IMG/VR virus record: IMGVR_UViG_3300042511_000879
Span: 124,001-188,000 of that record
Reading direction: 5' to 3' (one strand)
DNA: 64,000 bases
A program made the position numbers and the translations under genes. A model generated the notes under the pieces. That model was not told the DNA's origin. It made no database searches and worked only from the letters and a program-made list of their open reading frames with translations. Shown piece after piece: positions 1 to 10,080 of this stretch (position 1 is the first letter of the stretch; the number at the start of each line of letters is the position of its first letter).

Positions 1-747
1 TTTATTACATTCACCTGACATAATGGTTCCTTTTCTTCCCATTAGGTAATTTGCTGCTGCCGTCATTTCAGCAGAGAAGTATTTGCTTATATCAAATTTA
101 GGTTTTCCAGCAGAATATCCTGTTAGTTTATCGATTCTTGATAGCGTATCACTAATCTCTCTCCAAAATTCAAAGTTACTAACTTTTGATTTTACACCAG
201 CTCTAATCGCTGAATTTCCATTACTATAATCTTTAACTTCAAAAGCATCTTTGTTGTTAATAATAACATCATAGCTCTCTCCACCACCTTGAATTACTGC
301 ACCTTTAATTAACCATGCAATAAGGGCTTCTCCTTTTCCAAGTCCTGTTGGCTTTTGGTCGAATAATTTACCAAGTACTGAATTTCTGTTTGAATACATC
401 GAAACGGTTAAGTCCTTTGGTGCAATTGCTGAATATAAATATTTTGCTAGCTCTACTGACTCTTTTGGATTCAGTGATGCAAAATAATTTAGAATGAAAG
501 TTGTTGGAATTCCATTTGGATAGTTTTTTGCAAACTCTTTATAATCTACAATTTTTCCTTGTGAGTTAATTGCATTAATTAGAGCCATATTTCCATGAAG
601 AGAACCTGGATTATCTACCTCTCCTTGCATACTATCTGCATTAACCTTTTCATTTAATGTTAAATCAAAAGAATTCACTATTGCAGAATCTATTGATGTG
701 TTTAATGCCGCTTCAAAACGGGCTTTAAAATCTCCTACTGTACTCAT
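1..747 (-). CDS. Hypothetical protein, possible PD-(D/E)XK nuclease-like; 3' end runs off the window
   Basis: Hand translation gives an open frame from ATG at 747 to the window edge (MSTVGDFKARFEAALN...GLGKGEALIAWLIKGAVIQGGGESYDVIINNKDAFEVKDY). The GKGE...D...EVK pattern suggests a restriction-endonuclease-like fold. Not in the ORF track because it is truncated. Confidence 0.45.
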   Translation of the reverse strand, partial: MSTVGDFKARFEAALNTSIDSAIVNSFDLTLNEKVNADSMQGEVDNPGSLHGNMALINAINSQGKIVDYKEFAKNYPNGIPTTFILNYFASLNPKESVELAKYLYSAIAPKDLTVSMYSNRNSVLGKLFDQKPTGLGKGEALIAWLIKGAVIQGGGESYDVIINNKDAFEVKDYSNGNSAIRAGVKSKVSNFEFWREISDTLSRIDKLTGYSAGKPKFDISKYFSAEMTAAANYLMGRKGTIMSGECNK

Positions 748-753
748 AATTTT

Positions 754-1305
754 CTAGTGTTTAGCAAGATGTGTCTTGATCGTTGTACCAAGTTCACTCT
801 CTAGTTGTTTTATTAGTTTTATATTGTTTCTATCGTCGTCGAAGAACGTGATATCCGTGTAACCCTGGTCAATAAACCAGCGCATTGCATCCTGTTTTCT
901 TTGTTGTATGTTTCCGGTAAGTCCGTGAACTGGGTCATTAACTGCCCAAATTAGTTTTTTATCGATATGGAATCCTAAGTGAAAGCGGAACCATTCATAT
1001 ATCATCGATTGATTATCTCTAGCAGTAATAACTCCAATCGCAACTCCATTCTTGTAGTTTGTTGTAAGTACCTTAAAGTATTTATCGATTAATCGCCCAG
1101 CTTTCATAATCTCTAAGGATCTGAATTGGTCAAAGTTAACCAAGTGGTTTTGACCCTTCTCGTAAGAGTTAAACTCTTCTGGAGTCAGTTCAAAGGATTT
1201 TCCGGTCTTGGTATCAGTGACTACGATTTTAGCGGGTGTAATTGCTATTGTATCATCAATATCAAAAATAAGGATTTTATCAGTAGTATACTTTTCGTTT
1301 AACAT
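754..1305 (-). CDS. HAD-superfamily phosphatase
   Basis: Motif I FDIDDT, motif II ITAR, motif IV FFDD..N. Confidence 0.75.
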   Translation of the reverse strand: MLNEKYTTDKILIFDIDDTIAITPAKIVVTDTKTGKSFELTPEEFNSYEKGQNHLVNFDQFRSLEIMKAGRLIDKYFKVLTTNYKNGVAIGVITARDNQSMIYEWFRFHLGFHIDKKLIWAVNDPVHGLTGNIQQRKQDAMRWFIDQGYTDITFFDDDRNNIKLIKQLESELGTTIKTHLAKH

Positions 1306-1326
1306 GACATTTGATATTATTTAGTA

Positions 1327-1335
1327 TTATATATC
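1327..1335 (-). promoter_or_regulatory. Putative late promoter GATATATA(A), representative copy
   Basis: The same motif sits shortly upstream of starts at 4658, 23496, 27527, 28865, 29759, 29957, 32252, 37775 and 40819; T4-type TATAAATA at 22574-22587 and 40153. Confidence 0.6.
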
Positions 1336-1350
1336 AAATTTTAGTAATGT

Positions 1351-1581
1351 TTAAGCTTGCAAATCGATATTTGGCTCTTCTAAAAAGTCTTCATTGATAT
1401 TTTCAGCGTATTCATTGATATTTTCAATGTATACTATATTAAAAAAAGATAATCTTTGTTTTAATTCATTTAGTGAATTAAAATACTCTAGATGCGGCTG
1501 ACCTGTTTCTACTACCTGGCCTTCTAAAAGTTCTCCATAATGAAAAACATCGGTTTCGTTGTGCGCTAAAAAATATCTCAT
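1351..1581 (-). CDS. Hypothetical protein
   Basis: 76 aa ORF with 4-nt stop/start overlap with the upstream gene. Confidence 0.6.
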   Translation of the reverse strand: MRYFLAHNETDVFHYGELLEGQVVETGQPHLEYFNSLNELKQRLSFFNIVYIENINEYAENINEDFLEEPNIDLQA

Positions 1582-4373
1582 ATTTGTCCTCCATCTATTA
1601 TTGTCCAGTTATTTGGAGCTGATGTTAATATTGCTCTTTCTGGAGCTGCAGCTGCACTATATTTAGTTGTTCCAAAGCTAATTACTTTATTTGCAAGAAC
1701 TGGTCTAGATGACCAGCCTTCAAGTAAATTATCGTAGTCTGTAGTTGATAATCCTATTCCATCTGCGAAGGTTTCGTTTAATATAGTAGAAGAATTAAAT
1801 GAGGTTACCAATGAAACATTCCAAGAATTAAGATTTTGATTAAAACTAGCAGCGTTATAAAACATAGCAGTCATATCTGTAACTTTAGCAGTATTCCAAT
1901 TTCCAATGTTTTGGTTAAACTGGCTTACAGCGTTTCCTGTCTTATTAAAAAACATATATGACATATTAGTAGCCTCCAAAGTGTCCCATGCATTATATGT
2001 AGAAGCTCCAATAGTAACACTAAATGTTCTTAAATTTTGATTAAATAATGGTTGATTTTTAAACATATTTAAAAACGTTTTTACTTTTGATGTGTTAAAA
2101 TTTCTAATAGAATTAAATGAAGAATTATTAAATACTCCTTGTGCATCAGAATTTAATAAATTTGCATTAAACATACTCGACATATCTGTTACGTTTAGCG
2201 TGTCCCACGCAGTGTATGTAGAAGCTCCAACTGTTACTTGTTTTGTTCCTACGCTTTTATCATAAAGAATTTGTCCTCTAAACATGCTCTGCATTGTAGT
2301 AACTTTTGATGTGTTCCAATTATCTATATTCTGATTAAAAATTCCGGTATTACGATAAACACCAAAGACATTAGACATATTCGTTACATTTAATGTGTCC
2401 CATGCAGTATACGTAACGCCATTAATAGTAGTTACTGTTGTGTTTATATCGCGATTAAATAATGGTTGATTTTGAAACATTGCAGCAAATGTTGTTACTT
2501 TTGATGTATTCCAATTACCAATAGCTGAACTGCCTCCACTATTAAATACCCCGCTAAGTGTATTTGCTGTAGTATATGCATTAAGCATACCAGACATGTT
2601 TGTTACATTTAATGTGTCCCACGCAGTATACGTAACACCATTAATAGTAGATACCCTTGTTCCAATAGGTTGATTAAATGATTGTTGACAATTAAACAAA
2701 CTTGCCATTGTAGTAACCTTTGATGTGTTCCAGTGTTTAATTGAATCGCTTCCACCATTATTAAATGATCCCGCCCGTACTGAGCTATTACTGGTGAAAG
2801 CATTAGATAAACTCGTAACATTTTCAATATTCCATGCGGTATATGTATTACCGCCAACCGTTACTACTTTGGTTCCAACATCTTGATTAAAAAATGCCTG
2901 TCTTTGACAAAAAGCAACAAGTGTTGTAACTTTAGACGTATTCCAGTTTTTAATACTATTTGAGCCTCCATTATTAAATATCCCAAAAGAATCTGCGGTA
3001 TTTAAGAAAGAATTGAACATAAATGACATAGAAGTTACGTTTAACGTGTCCCATGCTGTGTAAGTAACACCATTTACGGTTACTACTTTGGTACCAATAT
3101 CATAATTAAACACTGGATTACCCGAAAACATAGAGTTCATTAATGTTACCTTAGACGTATTCCAATTCTTAATACTGTCTGAACCTCCATTATTAAACTT
3201 GCTAGGAGGTACAGCAACCCCTGTAGCAGCGGCACTTTGGAACATACTACTCATATCAGTTACATTTAAAGTATCCCAGGCAGTATAAGTAACGCCGTTC
3301 ACGGTTACAACTTTAGTTCCGATATCTTGATTAAACGCAGTATTTCTTGCAAACATTGCTGACATATTTGTAACTTTAGAAGTATTCCAGTTACTTATTG
3401 GCTGGTTAAATGACGTATAAGTTCCACCTGGCACCGTTCCATCTGCTCCAAACATAAACCTCATAGAAGTTGCGTTTGACGTGTCCCATTTATTAATATC
3501 GGGACTACCTCCGTTGTTAAACTTAGCAGCGTGTACAAACATTAATTCAAATGTAGTAACATTGGAAGTATTCCAATTACTGATATTGTCATCAAAATTA
3601 ATATTGCCATCAAAGACTGAAAACATGTTTGTAATACTTGATGTATTCCATTCATTAATCCGATTAACTCGTACTAAACGAGTACAAGAGTGAAGCAGTC
3701 GAAAAAAACTCGTCATTCCAGTTGTGTCAAGAACATCTCTTACATTATCCAGCATTAAATTACCACAACCCATAAATATGGCAGTGTTATCTCCTGGTCT
3801 TAAAGGACCCCACCATCCAATTGATAAAATCTTAAGTCTATCTCCAGTATTATTAAATGTCCATCCTGTTACAGTTCCTGCTATATAAACATTATATGTT
3901 CCTGTTGTTGCGTAAGTATGCGTTGTTTGTGCTTGGTCCCAGGTTGTTATTGTATCTGATGTTCCATCGCCCCAATAAACAGTACAATTGTAAGTACCGG
4001 TACTAACTAATGGTAATTTGAATTGTGCTGCAGTACTACTACCAGTCGATATGTTATCAGTTTTGATTACGAAATTAAAAGAATTTCTAATAGTAAAAAA
4101 GTTACTTGTAGATTTAACACTACCCTTGGAGTTGGTTGCTTTAACTACACATCTTAATATTCCATTACTAATGTCCGGAAGTGTGTAAGTGTTTGCAGTA
4201 GCTCCTGATATTGGGCTACCCTCTAAAAACCATTGGTATGTATATGTTGATGTTGGACCGTCAAATACACCATCAGTTACAGATAGCACTGAACCAATCG
4301 ATGTATTTCCACTTACTACCGGAGCGGCAATAAATTGTCCCTGTTTTTTTCTAGATGATATTATACGTCTCAT
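1578..4373 (-). CDS. DUF285/BspA-type leucine-rich-repeat surface or virion protein with N-terminal Ig/PKD-like domains
   Basis: Repeated WNTSKVT.M..MF...FN and WDTLNVT.MS.MF units; N-terminal YTYQW...GAT..TYTL and YWGDGT...HTY..GTY motifs. Confidence 0.8.
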   Translation of the reverse strand: MRRIISSRKKQGQFIAAPVVSGNTSIGSVLSVTDGVFDGPTSTYTYQWFLEGSPISGATANTYTLPDISNGILRCVVKATNSKGSVKSTSNFFTIRNSFNFVIKTDNISTGSSTAAQFKLPLVSTGTYNCTVYWGDGTSDTITTWDQAQTTHTYATTGTYNVYIAGTVTGWTFNNTGDRLKILSIGWWGPLRPGDNTAIFMGCGNLMLDNVRDVLDTTGMTSFFRLLHSCTRLVRVNRINEWNTSSITNMFSVFDGNINFDDNISNWNTSNVTTFELMFVHAAKFNNGGSPDINKWDTSNATSMRFMFGADGTVPGGTYTSFNQPISNWNTSKVTNMSAMFARNTAFNQDIGTKVVTVNGVTYTAWDTLNVTDMSSMFQSAAATGVAVPPSKFNNGGSDSIKNWNTSKVTLMNSMFSGNPVFNYDIGTKVVTVNGVTYTAWDTLNVTSMSFMFNSFLNTADSFGIFNNGGSNSIKNWNTSKVTTLVAFCQRQAFFNQDVGTKVVTVGGNTYTAWNIENVTSLSNAFTSNSSVRAGSFNNGGSDSIKHWNTSKVTTMASLFNCQQSFNQPIGTRVSTINGVTYTAWDTLNVTNMSGMLNAYTTANTLSGVFNSGGSSAIGNWNTSKVTTFAAMFQNQPLFNRDINTTVTTINGVTYTAWDTLNVTNMSNVFGVYRNTGIFNQNIDNWNTSKVTTMQSMFRGQILYDKSVGTKQVTVGASTYTAWDTLNVTDMSSMFNANLLNSDAQGVFNNSSFNSIRNFNTSKVKTFLNMFKNQPLFNQNLRTFSVTIGASTYNAWDTLEATNMSYMFFNKTGNAVSQFNQNIGNWNTAKVTDMTAMFYNAASFNQNLNSWNVSLVTSFNSSTILNETFADGIGLSTTDYDNLLEGWSSRPVLANKVISFGTTKYSAAAAPERAILTSAPNNWTIIDGGQI

Positions 4374-4618
4374 CCAAGTAATGGTGCTAAATAGTCTGCG
4401 ATTGCCGCTTCTGTTGCATATGGTACTGCAGCATCATCTTGAAAATCTGTAAAATTTATTATAGTCAGCGTGGAGATATTAGTAACTCCTGTGTGAATTA
4501 ATGTAACTGATGTTGCAGTAAACTCTAAAATTGAGTAAAGCGCTGCATTTCCATATGTAGTTGTTCCATCTGTTTCTATTCTTAGTTGATTATCAACCTT
4601 CCAAACTTTTGTTGCCAT
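4370..4618 (-). CDS. Hypothetical virion-region protein
   Basis: 82 aa ORF overlapping the next gene; GATATATAA motif upstream at 4658-4666. Confidence 0.6.
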   Translation of the reverse strand: MATKVWKVDNQLRIETDGTTTYGNAALYSILEFTATSVTLIHTGVTNISTLTIINFTDFQDDAAVPYATEAAIADYLAPLLG

Positions 4619-4685
4619 CTTTATTGTTTTAAGTATTTTTATAAAGTATTAATTAACTTATATATCTGTTTAATTCGATGTACGA

Positions 4686-5066
4686 TTATAGTATTATTGC
4701 ATTGCGAGGAGGATCAGGCACGGTCACTGTAATAGAAACTGGATTTTTTAGTGCTTCTATTTGATTTGCAATACTAGTTTCTATTGCTAATACCTTCTCT
4801 TCTCCCATTGCTGCTTTTGTCCAAGCAACTGTTTGCTCACTTGTAAGTTCATTAAAAGGTATAAAATCTGCAACGTTTTCTGTATTTAATATTTGCATTC
4901 CAAAACTAGATGCTGTAATTGGTGTTGTTGAGTAATTTATTCCTCCTATTACATTATAATGTACATTGTGTATTACATTAGTGTAATCTCCTAGCGTCGG
5001 ATATATGTCAACCCTATTGCAATTCCAATTGTAGATAATTTCTGAAATTTCGGTTTGTTCTGGCAT
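4686..5066 (-). CDS. Small tail-fibre-associated protein (DUF7936-like), paralog 1
   Basis: YNW...V.NVHY...FIPFNELT.E....W pattern shared with the adjacent gene. Confidence 0.5.
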   Translation of the reverse strand: MPEQTEISEIIYNWNCNRVDIYPTLGDYTNVIHNVHYNVIGGINYSTTPITASSFGMQILNTENVADFIPFNELTSEQTVAWTKAAMGEEKVLAIETSIANQIEALKNPVSITVTVPDPPRNAIIL

Positions 5067-5076
5067 TTTTGTTTAA

Positions 5077-5460
5077 TTATATATTTGATTCTATTATTGG
5101 AGAACTAAAAAGTGGTCCCATAATTGTGGTAGGACTAATTAATAAAGCTATTTTCCCCTCTAGATTTGTTTTCATCCAATCCAATTTAGATATTTGGGTT
5201 TCTTCTCCTGGTAGAGTTTCTGGTATGGCTCCTAAGATTGATTCTAACCAACCTTCTACATCTGATGTTGTTACATCATTATAAGGAGTAAAGTCTTCAG
5301 GATTTGGTTCTCCTATTGTGGTTACTCCATACATTTCAGATGTTATTCCATTTTCATCTGTAGCACGGTATCTCCAGTGAATATTTTGGATTACGTCCGA
5401 TAATCCGTCTAGGCTTACAGCTCTTTCTACAGCTGGAATTGTCCAATTAAATGTTATCAT
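5077..5460 (-). CDS. Small tail-fibre-associated protein (DUF7936-like), paralog 2
   Basis: FNW...VIQNIHWRY...FTPYNDVT...V.GW pattern. Confidence 0.5.
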   Translation of the reverse strand: MITFNWTIPAVERAVSLDGLSDVIQNIHWRYRATDENGITSEMYGVTTIGEPNPEDFTPYNDVTTSDVEGWLESILGAIPETLPGEETQISKLDWMKTNLEGKIALLISPTTIMGPLFSSPIIESNI

Positions 5461-5478
5461 TTTTATTATTTATTTTTA

Positions 5479-7239
5479 TTAATTAACGTGTGAATATTTG
5501 TAAATGTCTCCATTATAAACGCAGAAGTATACGTCGTATCCGGTTACAGTTGATACAATACAAGTATCTGTCCAATTTCTAGGTGTTAGTCCTAGGGCAG
5601 TAAATTGAGGGCCTTGACCACCACTACCAAAATCTCCAGGTCGGTATTGCCTAATGTCTCCAGTAGTTGTGGAACTTGATTCTCCAGTCCACATGTCGGT
5701 ATTTGGTGCTATACTAAATCTTTTTGAATATGAAAATATGCTCGCATATTCAAACGTTGATGAAGCTGCTGGTTTTACGTACATTCCGGAACTTCCTGCA
5801 CTAACATATATGTCTCCATTAGCTGCAGTGGCCATACCTTCCCAGTTTCTAATAGTCTGTCCTGTTGTTGTAAATGTTGTTGCTCCAGATGGTTGTTTAT
5901 AAATATCTCCACCATATACACTAGCATAAATATCCCCATTTGGTGTTGCTGTTATACCATTCCAGTTTCTAATAGTCTGTCCTGTTGCAGTAAATGTTGT
6001 TGCTCCACTTGCTTGCTTAAGTATATCTCCAGTATATAGTGCATAATACATGTCTCCATTGGGAGCACCTGCGAAACAACCTGCTCCGGGTATAGTCTGT
6101 CCTGTTGCTATAAATGTGCCACTAGCTGCGGATTTTTTATAGATAGCTCCAGTACTAATGGAAGCATATATATCTCCATTAGCCGCGTCTCCAATAGACG
6201 TCCATGTTCTAGAAGTTTGACCTAACGGAGAAAGACTTGGAGTACTCCAACTATTTCCTTGTGATATATAAAATGTAGCCGAAGCTGCGGATTCGTTACC
6301 TGATAAATCAACAGCAGTAACCCACCAAGTAATTGGGGCGCCACCACCAAAACCTCCAAAGAATGTATTGCTAATGCGCATTGCACTTTTTCCAACAAGA
6401 TAAGATCCTATGGTATCATAACGCGTCGGAAGAGAAATATTTCTTGGTCTAGTATATTTTCCTAAAGTAGAAAATAGTATAGGGAATATTTTAGGTACAA
6501 TATGAATTGTCTGTACTGTAAAACTTCCAGATTCCCTAACATATAGGTTATAGTGATGCAACATATCATTGTCAGTTGAAGGATCCCATGTAAAATCAAT
6601 ATACCTCGTAGTACCTCCAATTATAGACTTTGCTCCCGTAAAGTTAGGAGGTGTTGATGGAGCCACATTAGGACTTTCATAAACTGAAGTATAAATTCCT
6701 TGAATTATGCTAGATTCGTCTATATAATATATAAGGGGATTTGTCCCTCCTTGTCGTTGATACCATCCTTGAGAATATGTTTCTTCTACTCCAAACCCAG
6801 AAGCACCTCCAGTATTACTACCATATACTATTGAACCTACTACCGGTGGGTTATCTGTTACCCAAAATGATACAAAAAGCGAATCATTTTGAACTAATGG
6901 ACCGCCGTAATCGGTATGTTTATAAGAAACGTATTTGGCCACGATTGTATCTGCAACCGTAGAATATATCCATGAATTTGTTGGGTCTATATTTATTCCG
7001 TAATATACCAATGGAACTCCACTTGCCCAAGCACTTTTAGGAACTAATTGTAAACTCCCATACGTACTTAAATTACTTGCATTAAGGCTATATTTTGCCT
7101 GCATAGCAGTTTTATCCATACATTGATTAGCCGCAGGAAGTGTTGTAAAATGAGACTGACCCGACAGCAGAGGAATTCCACTCGTCGAGGCATCTAGATA
7201 ACTAACCATTTGATTACTTGCAACATCATTCCATGCCAT
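5479..7239 (-). CDS. Virion protein with FN3-like domain and C-terminal beta-propeller
   Basis: FN3-like P.TP.NF...FTWDPS.D...YNLY...VTAVDLSGNES; about 40-aa repeats TFTATGQTIRNW.G.A..PNGDIY. Confidence 0.65.
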   Translation of the reverse strand: MAWNDVASNQMVSYLDASTSGIPLLSGQSHFTTLPAANQCMDKTAMQAKYSLNASNLSTYGSLQLVPKSAWASGVPLVYYGINIDPTNSWIYSTVADTIVAKYVSYKHTDYGGPLVQNDSLFVSFWVTDNPPVVGSIVYGSNTGGASGFGVEETYSQGWYQRQGGTNPLIYYIDESSIIQGIYTSVYESPNVAPSTPPNFTGAKSIIGGTTRYIDFTWDPSTDNDMLHHYNLYVRESGSFTVQTIHIVPKIFPILFSTLGKYTRPRNISLPTRYDTIGSYLVGKSAMRISNTFFGGFGGGAPITWWVTAVDLSGNESAASATFYISQGNSWSTPSLSPLGQTSRTWTSIGDAANGDIYASISTGAIYKKSAASGTFIATGQTIPGAGCFAGAPNGDMYYALYTGDILKQASGATTFTATGQTIRNWNGITATPNGDIYASVYGGDIYKQPSGATTFTTTGQTIRNWEGMATAANGDIYVSAGSSGMYVKPAASSTFEYASIFSYSKRFSIAPNTDMWTGESSSTTTGDIRQYRPGDFGSGGQGPQFTALGLTPRNWTDTCIVSTVTGYDVYFCVYNGDIYKYSHVN

Positions 7240-9941
7240 TATTTCTCTAATTGTTTTATTCTGTTCTCCAATTCTTGTATCTTTGCAACCAGGACTTCAA
7301 TGTAATTTATTGTAAGCATTCCATCATCACCTTTATTAACCTGGTCAGGATATGTTTCTTGAACTTCTTGTGCAACATATCCTATATGTATCTTAGTATC
7401 TCGTCCATCCTTCCAGGTAAATTTAATAGTATCTCCATCTCTTTCAATAATATCTTTTAACCTAGCATCAGATGTATTAAAGAATCCAGGAGATGTAACA
7501 TTTGTTGAAAAGTACCCTGCTCCAGTTACATTTAGTTTGTATCCATTTGGGTTTGTATTTCCTATACCTACACCTGTCCCATTATCGTAAATTTGACTAT
7601 TTGCTAAACTATATCCATCTGTGTATTTTGATAAATAATTAGCTGTTCCTACTCCTGTAAATGCTACATCTTTAAATGAAGAATATGCTGTTGCAGATCC
7701 CCATGTCTGTTGCCAGATACGCATTCCTATTGCATCTTTTCTGAACATTACTAGGTTATCATTTCCTCCTGAAGAGTCTTGATATGATCTCAGATGTATG
7801 AAATCTGCATAAGGTCCAGTATTATTGTTTGCCCAAGAAGTGAATCCAAACTTAAGTCTGTTTGCTGTTGATTCACTTGGTGAAATTGTCCTATTATCCT
7901 CTCCAGTTAGTAGTCCCGAAGTTGTAGCCGTAGCAGAGTTTCCTGTAATATTAATACCCCAATCTCCTGATGCAACGCTTTTTATAGAAATCATCGCATT
8001 TGTAGGAGATACTGAACGATAATAATTATCTCCTTGTTTAGTAATAAATGAACTAATTGATGTTCCACTTCCTGGATTGCCATCATCAGACATATTTATA
8101 TAGTTACCATTAATATATCCATTACCATCTCTTACAACAATATAATTTCCTAATGTTGATGTAGATGCATGGTAATTATCAACAGTATCTGCATTAGTTG
8201 CATTAGTTGCTGTACCTGTTAAGGCTCCTATAAAGGTTGTTGCGGAAATATCTCCAATAATTTCTGTACTTCTCTTCGCAGGTAAGGGATTTGCTGCCCA
8301 TGCAATTGATGTAAAACTTGGTACAACTGTTGAATACATATCAAATAAAACATATGGAGTACTTGAATTTGAAGCCCATATATATACTCCTACCCAACCT
8401 CCTACTACCTCTATATTACCTATTCTTAAGTAATCCGCAGCTGACGCTACTGCTGCGGATAGTCGCGTTTGTCCTGAATTTATTGAAGTTGCGCCGAGTG
8501 ATGTATAAATACCGAATTCTATTTCAAGAACTCCCATAATAGGTGCCCAGTTCCAATCACCTCCTACTCGGATTCTACCTCCTGCAAAAGCGGCGCCAGC
8601 CGAAGTATTGTATAATCTTACAAACCATCTACCACTTCCGGCATCGTTTCCAATTCCAGGGTAAGGAAGTACTATTCTTCTAAAATAATGGCCTGTATCT
8701 AATTTAATACTTCCATGTAATACAGTTTCAACGGTACTTGAAGTACCTAAAACAATTTGATTATTTTTAGTTGTAATTGCCTGGTATCCTATAGCTACAC
8801 TATTAGTAACATTAGCTAACTGCCCAACAATACCTCCTGCCTCTGAACCAATAAAAGTGTTTTGAGACCCACTTATAATAAGCGAGCCTGATAAATTTCC
8901 AATGGCAGTATTGTTATTTCCTGTAACAATCTTTAAAGATTGATGCCCAATAGCTGTAGTGAAACTACTTCCAGTTGGTGTTTGAGATACTGCTTGATAT
9001 CCGAGTACTGTATTTTGATTTCCCGTGTTATCGAGTAATGTATTTAAACCAATTCCTATATTAGTAGCGGCATTATTACCACCTCTCCATATAGTAATTG
9101 TATTTACTATAATATTATCCGTAAAGTTTTTTAGTCCTGAAAATTGTTGGTTATTTATTGTAATTACTCCTCCAAAAGCGGTTGTAGCTGGTTGCAAGGT
9201 TAAAGTACCACTTATTAATGTAGCACCAGTTGCATTAGATGCCGTTGCTACCGAAGGAATAGGAGCTAGAGTTGATACACTTGGCGCACCTTGTTCTCCC
9301 ATAGGTCCAAAAACACAATTCTTTAGTCCATTTATCGATGATACATTAGCAAAACTAGAATCAAGATACAATGGAGCTCCAATTGCTCTTGGTACAATTC
9401 TTATAGTTACACCATCTTTCAAATATCTTATATTATAACCATCGTATGTAATTGATACTATAGTATCTGTTGTAAATGTAGAAGATGGATTAATGAATAC
9501 ATTACTTTCATAGATATACAAAATGTTTTCATTTATAAACCATGCATAATCAATAGATGTGTATGAAGAATTAAGTGTTGGATCACTATTTAATCCAACC
9601 ATTAAAGCAAGTCCTATAGTAGTTGTTAATTGAGTTGACATATAACATCCTCTAGCATATCCTTCCGCAGAATATACTTGTCCATCCCATTGACCGGCAT
9701 TACCTGCTGCTTTATAAAAAGCATTTGAATTTTCACCGTAAGTAACACCACCGCTAAATAATGGCGTCCAATTTGAAGTACCTCTAAACCCTTGGAAACC
9801 TTGTACTCCTTGGAAACCTTGGAAACCTCGTACTCCTTGGAAACCTTGGAAACCTCGTACTCCTTGATATCCTTGATATCCTTGATATCCTTGATATCCT
9901 TGAAAACCTTGTGTTAATCCGACGTATGGGTAATGTGCCAT
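7239..9941 (-). CDS. Tail fibre/spike with short collagen segment, YadA-like head repeats and C-terminal peptidase S74 intramolecular chaperone
   Basis: GxQ repeats at the N-terminus; NT.LGYQA/TAIG..S repeats; SDARLKDI...GYVAQEV...YPD.V...INY followed by a coiled coil. Confidence 0.8.
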   Translation of the reverse strand: MAHYPYVGLTQGFQGYQGYQGYQGYQGVRGFQGFQGVRGFQGFQGVQGFQGFRGTSNWTPLFSGGVTYGENSNAFYKAAGNAGQWDGQVYSAEGYARGCYMSTQLTTTIGLALMVGLNSDPTLNSSYTSIDYAWFINENILYIYESNVFINPSSTFTTDTIVSITYDGYNIRYLKDGVTIRIVPRAIGAPLYLDSSFANVSSINGLKNCVFGPMGEQGAPSVSTLAPIPSVATASNATGATLISGTLTLQPATTAFGGVITINNQQFSGLKNFTDNIIVNTITIWRGGNNAATNIGIGLNTLLDNTGNQNTVLGYQAVSQTPTGSSFTTAIGHQSLKIVTGNNNTAIGNLSGSLIISGSQNTFIGSEAGGIVGQLANVTNSVAIGYQAITTKNNQIVLGTSSTVETVLHGSIKLDTGHYFRRIVLPYPGIGNDAGSGRWFVRLYNTSAGAAFAGGRIRVGGDWNWAPIMGVLEIEFGIYTSLGATSINSGQTRLSAAVASAADYLRIGNIEVVGGWVGVYIWASNSSTPYVLFDMYSTVVPSFTSIAWAANPLPAKRSTEIIGDISATTFIGALTGTATNATNADTVDNYHASTSTLGNYIVVRDGNGYINGNYINMSDDGNPGSGTSISSFITKQGDNYYRSVSPTNAMISIKSVASGDWGINITGNSATATTSGLLTGEDNRTISPSESTANRLKFGFTSWANNNTGPYADFIHLRSYQDSSGGNDNLVMFRKDAIGMRIWQQTWGSATAYSSFKDVAFTGVGTANYLSKYTDGYSLANSQIYDNGTGVGIGNTNPNGYKLNVTGAGYFSTNVTSPGFFNTSDARLKDIIERDGDTIKFTWKDGRDTKIHIGYVAQEVQETYPDQVNKGDDGMLTINYIEVLVAKIQELENRIKQLEK

Positions 9942-9969
9942 TGTTTATTTTTATTATTTTTAAAAAGAC

Positions 9970-10073
9970 CGGAGGATAGGGAGGGATACGAACATCATTT
10001 TTCCCGAAGGAACAGTTACGAACAACTATGTTCCCAAAGGAACAAGAACGGACTTCTACCTCCCTATCCTCCG
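9970..10073 (-). ncRNA. Candidate structured RNA/DNA element: perfect 15-bp outer inverted repeat enclosing two tandem hairpin repeats
   Basis: CGGAGGATAGGGAGG (9970-9984) pairs with CCTCCCTATCCTCCG (10059-10073). Inside on the minus strand are TGTTCC-TTTG-GGAACA and TTCC-TTCG-GGAA hairpins, each followed by TGTTCGTA. GC-rich for an intergenic space. Confidence 0.5.
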
Positions 10074-10080
10074 ACTTATA

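Noticed and set aside
7239-10073. Diversity-generating retroelement acting on the tail fibre (hairpin near the gene ends, duplicated domain)
   Set aside because: No reverse transcriptase in the window, and by eye the duplicated segments do not show a clear adenine-specific TR/VR mismatch pattern
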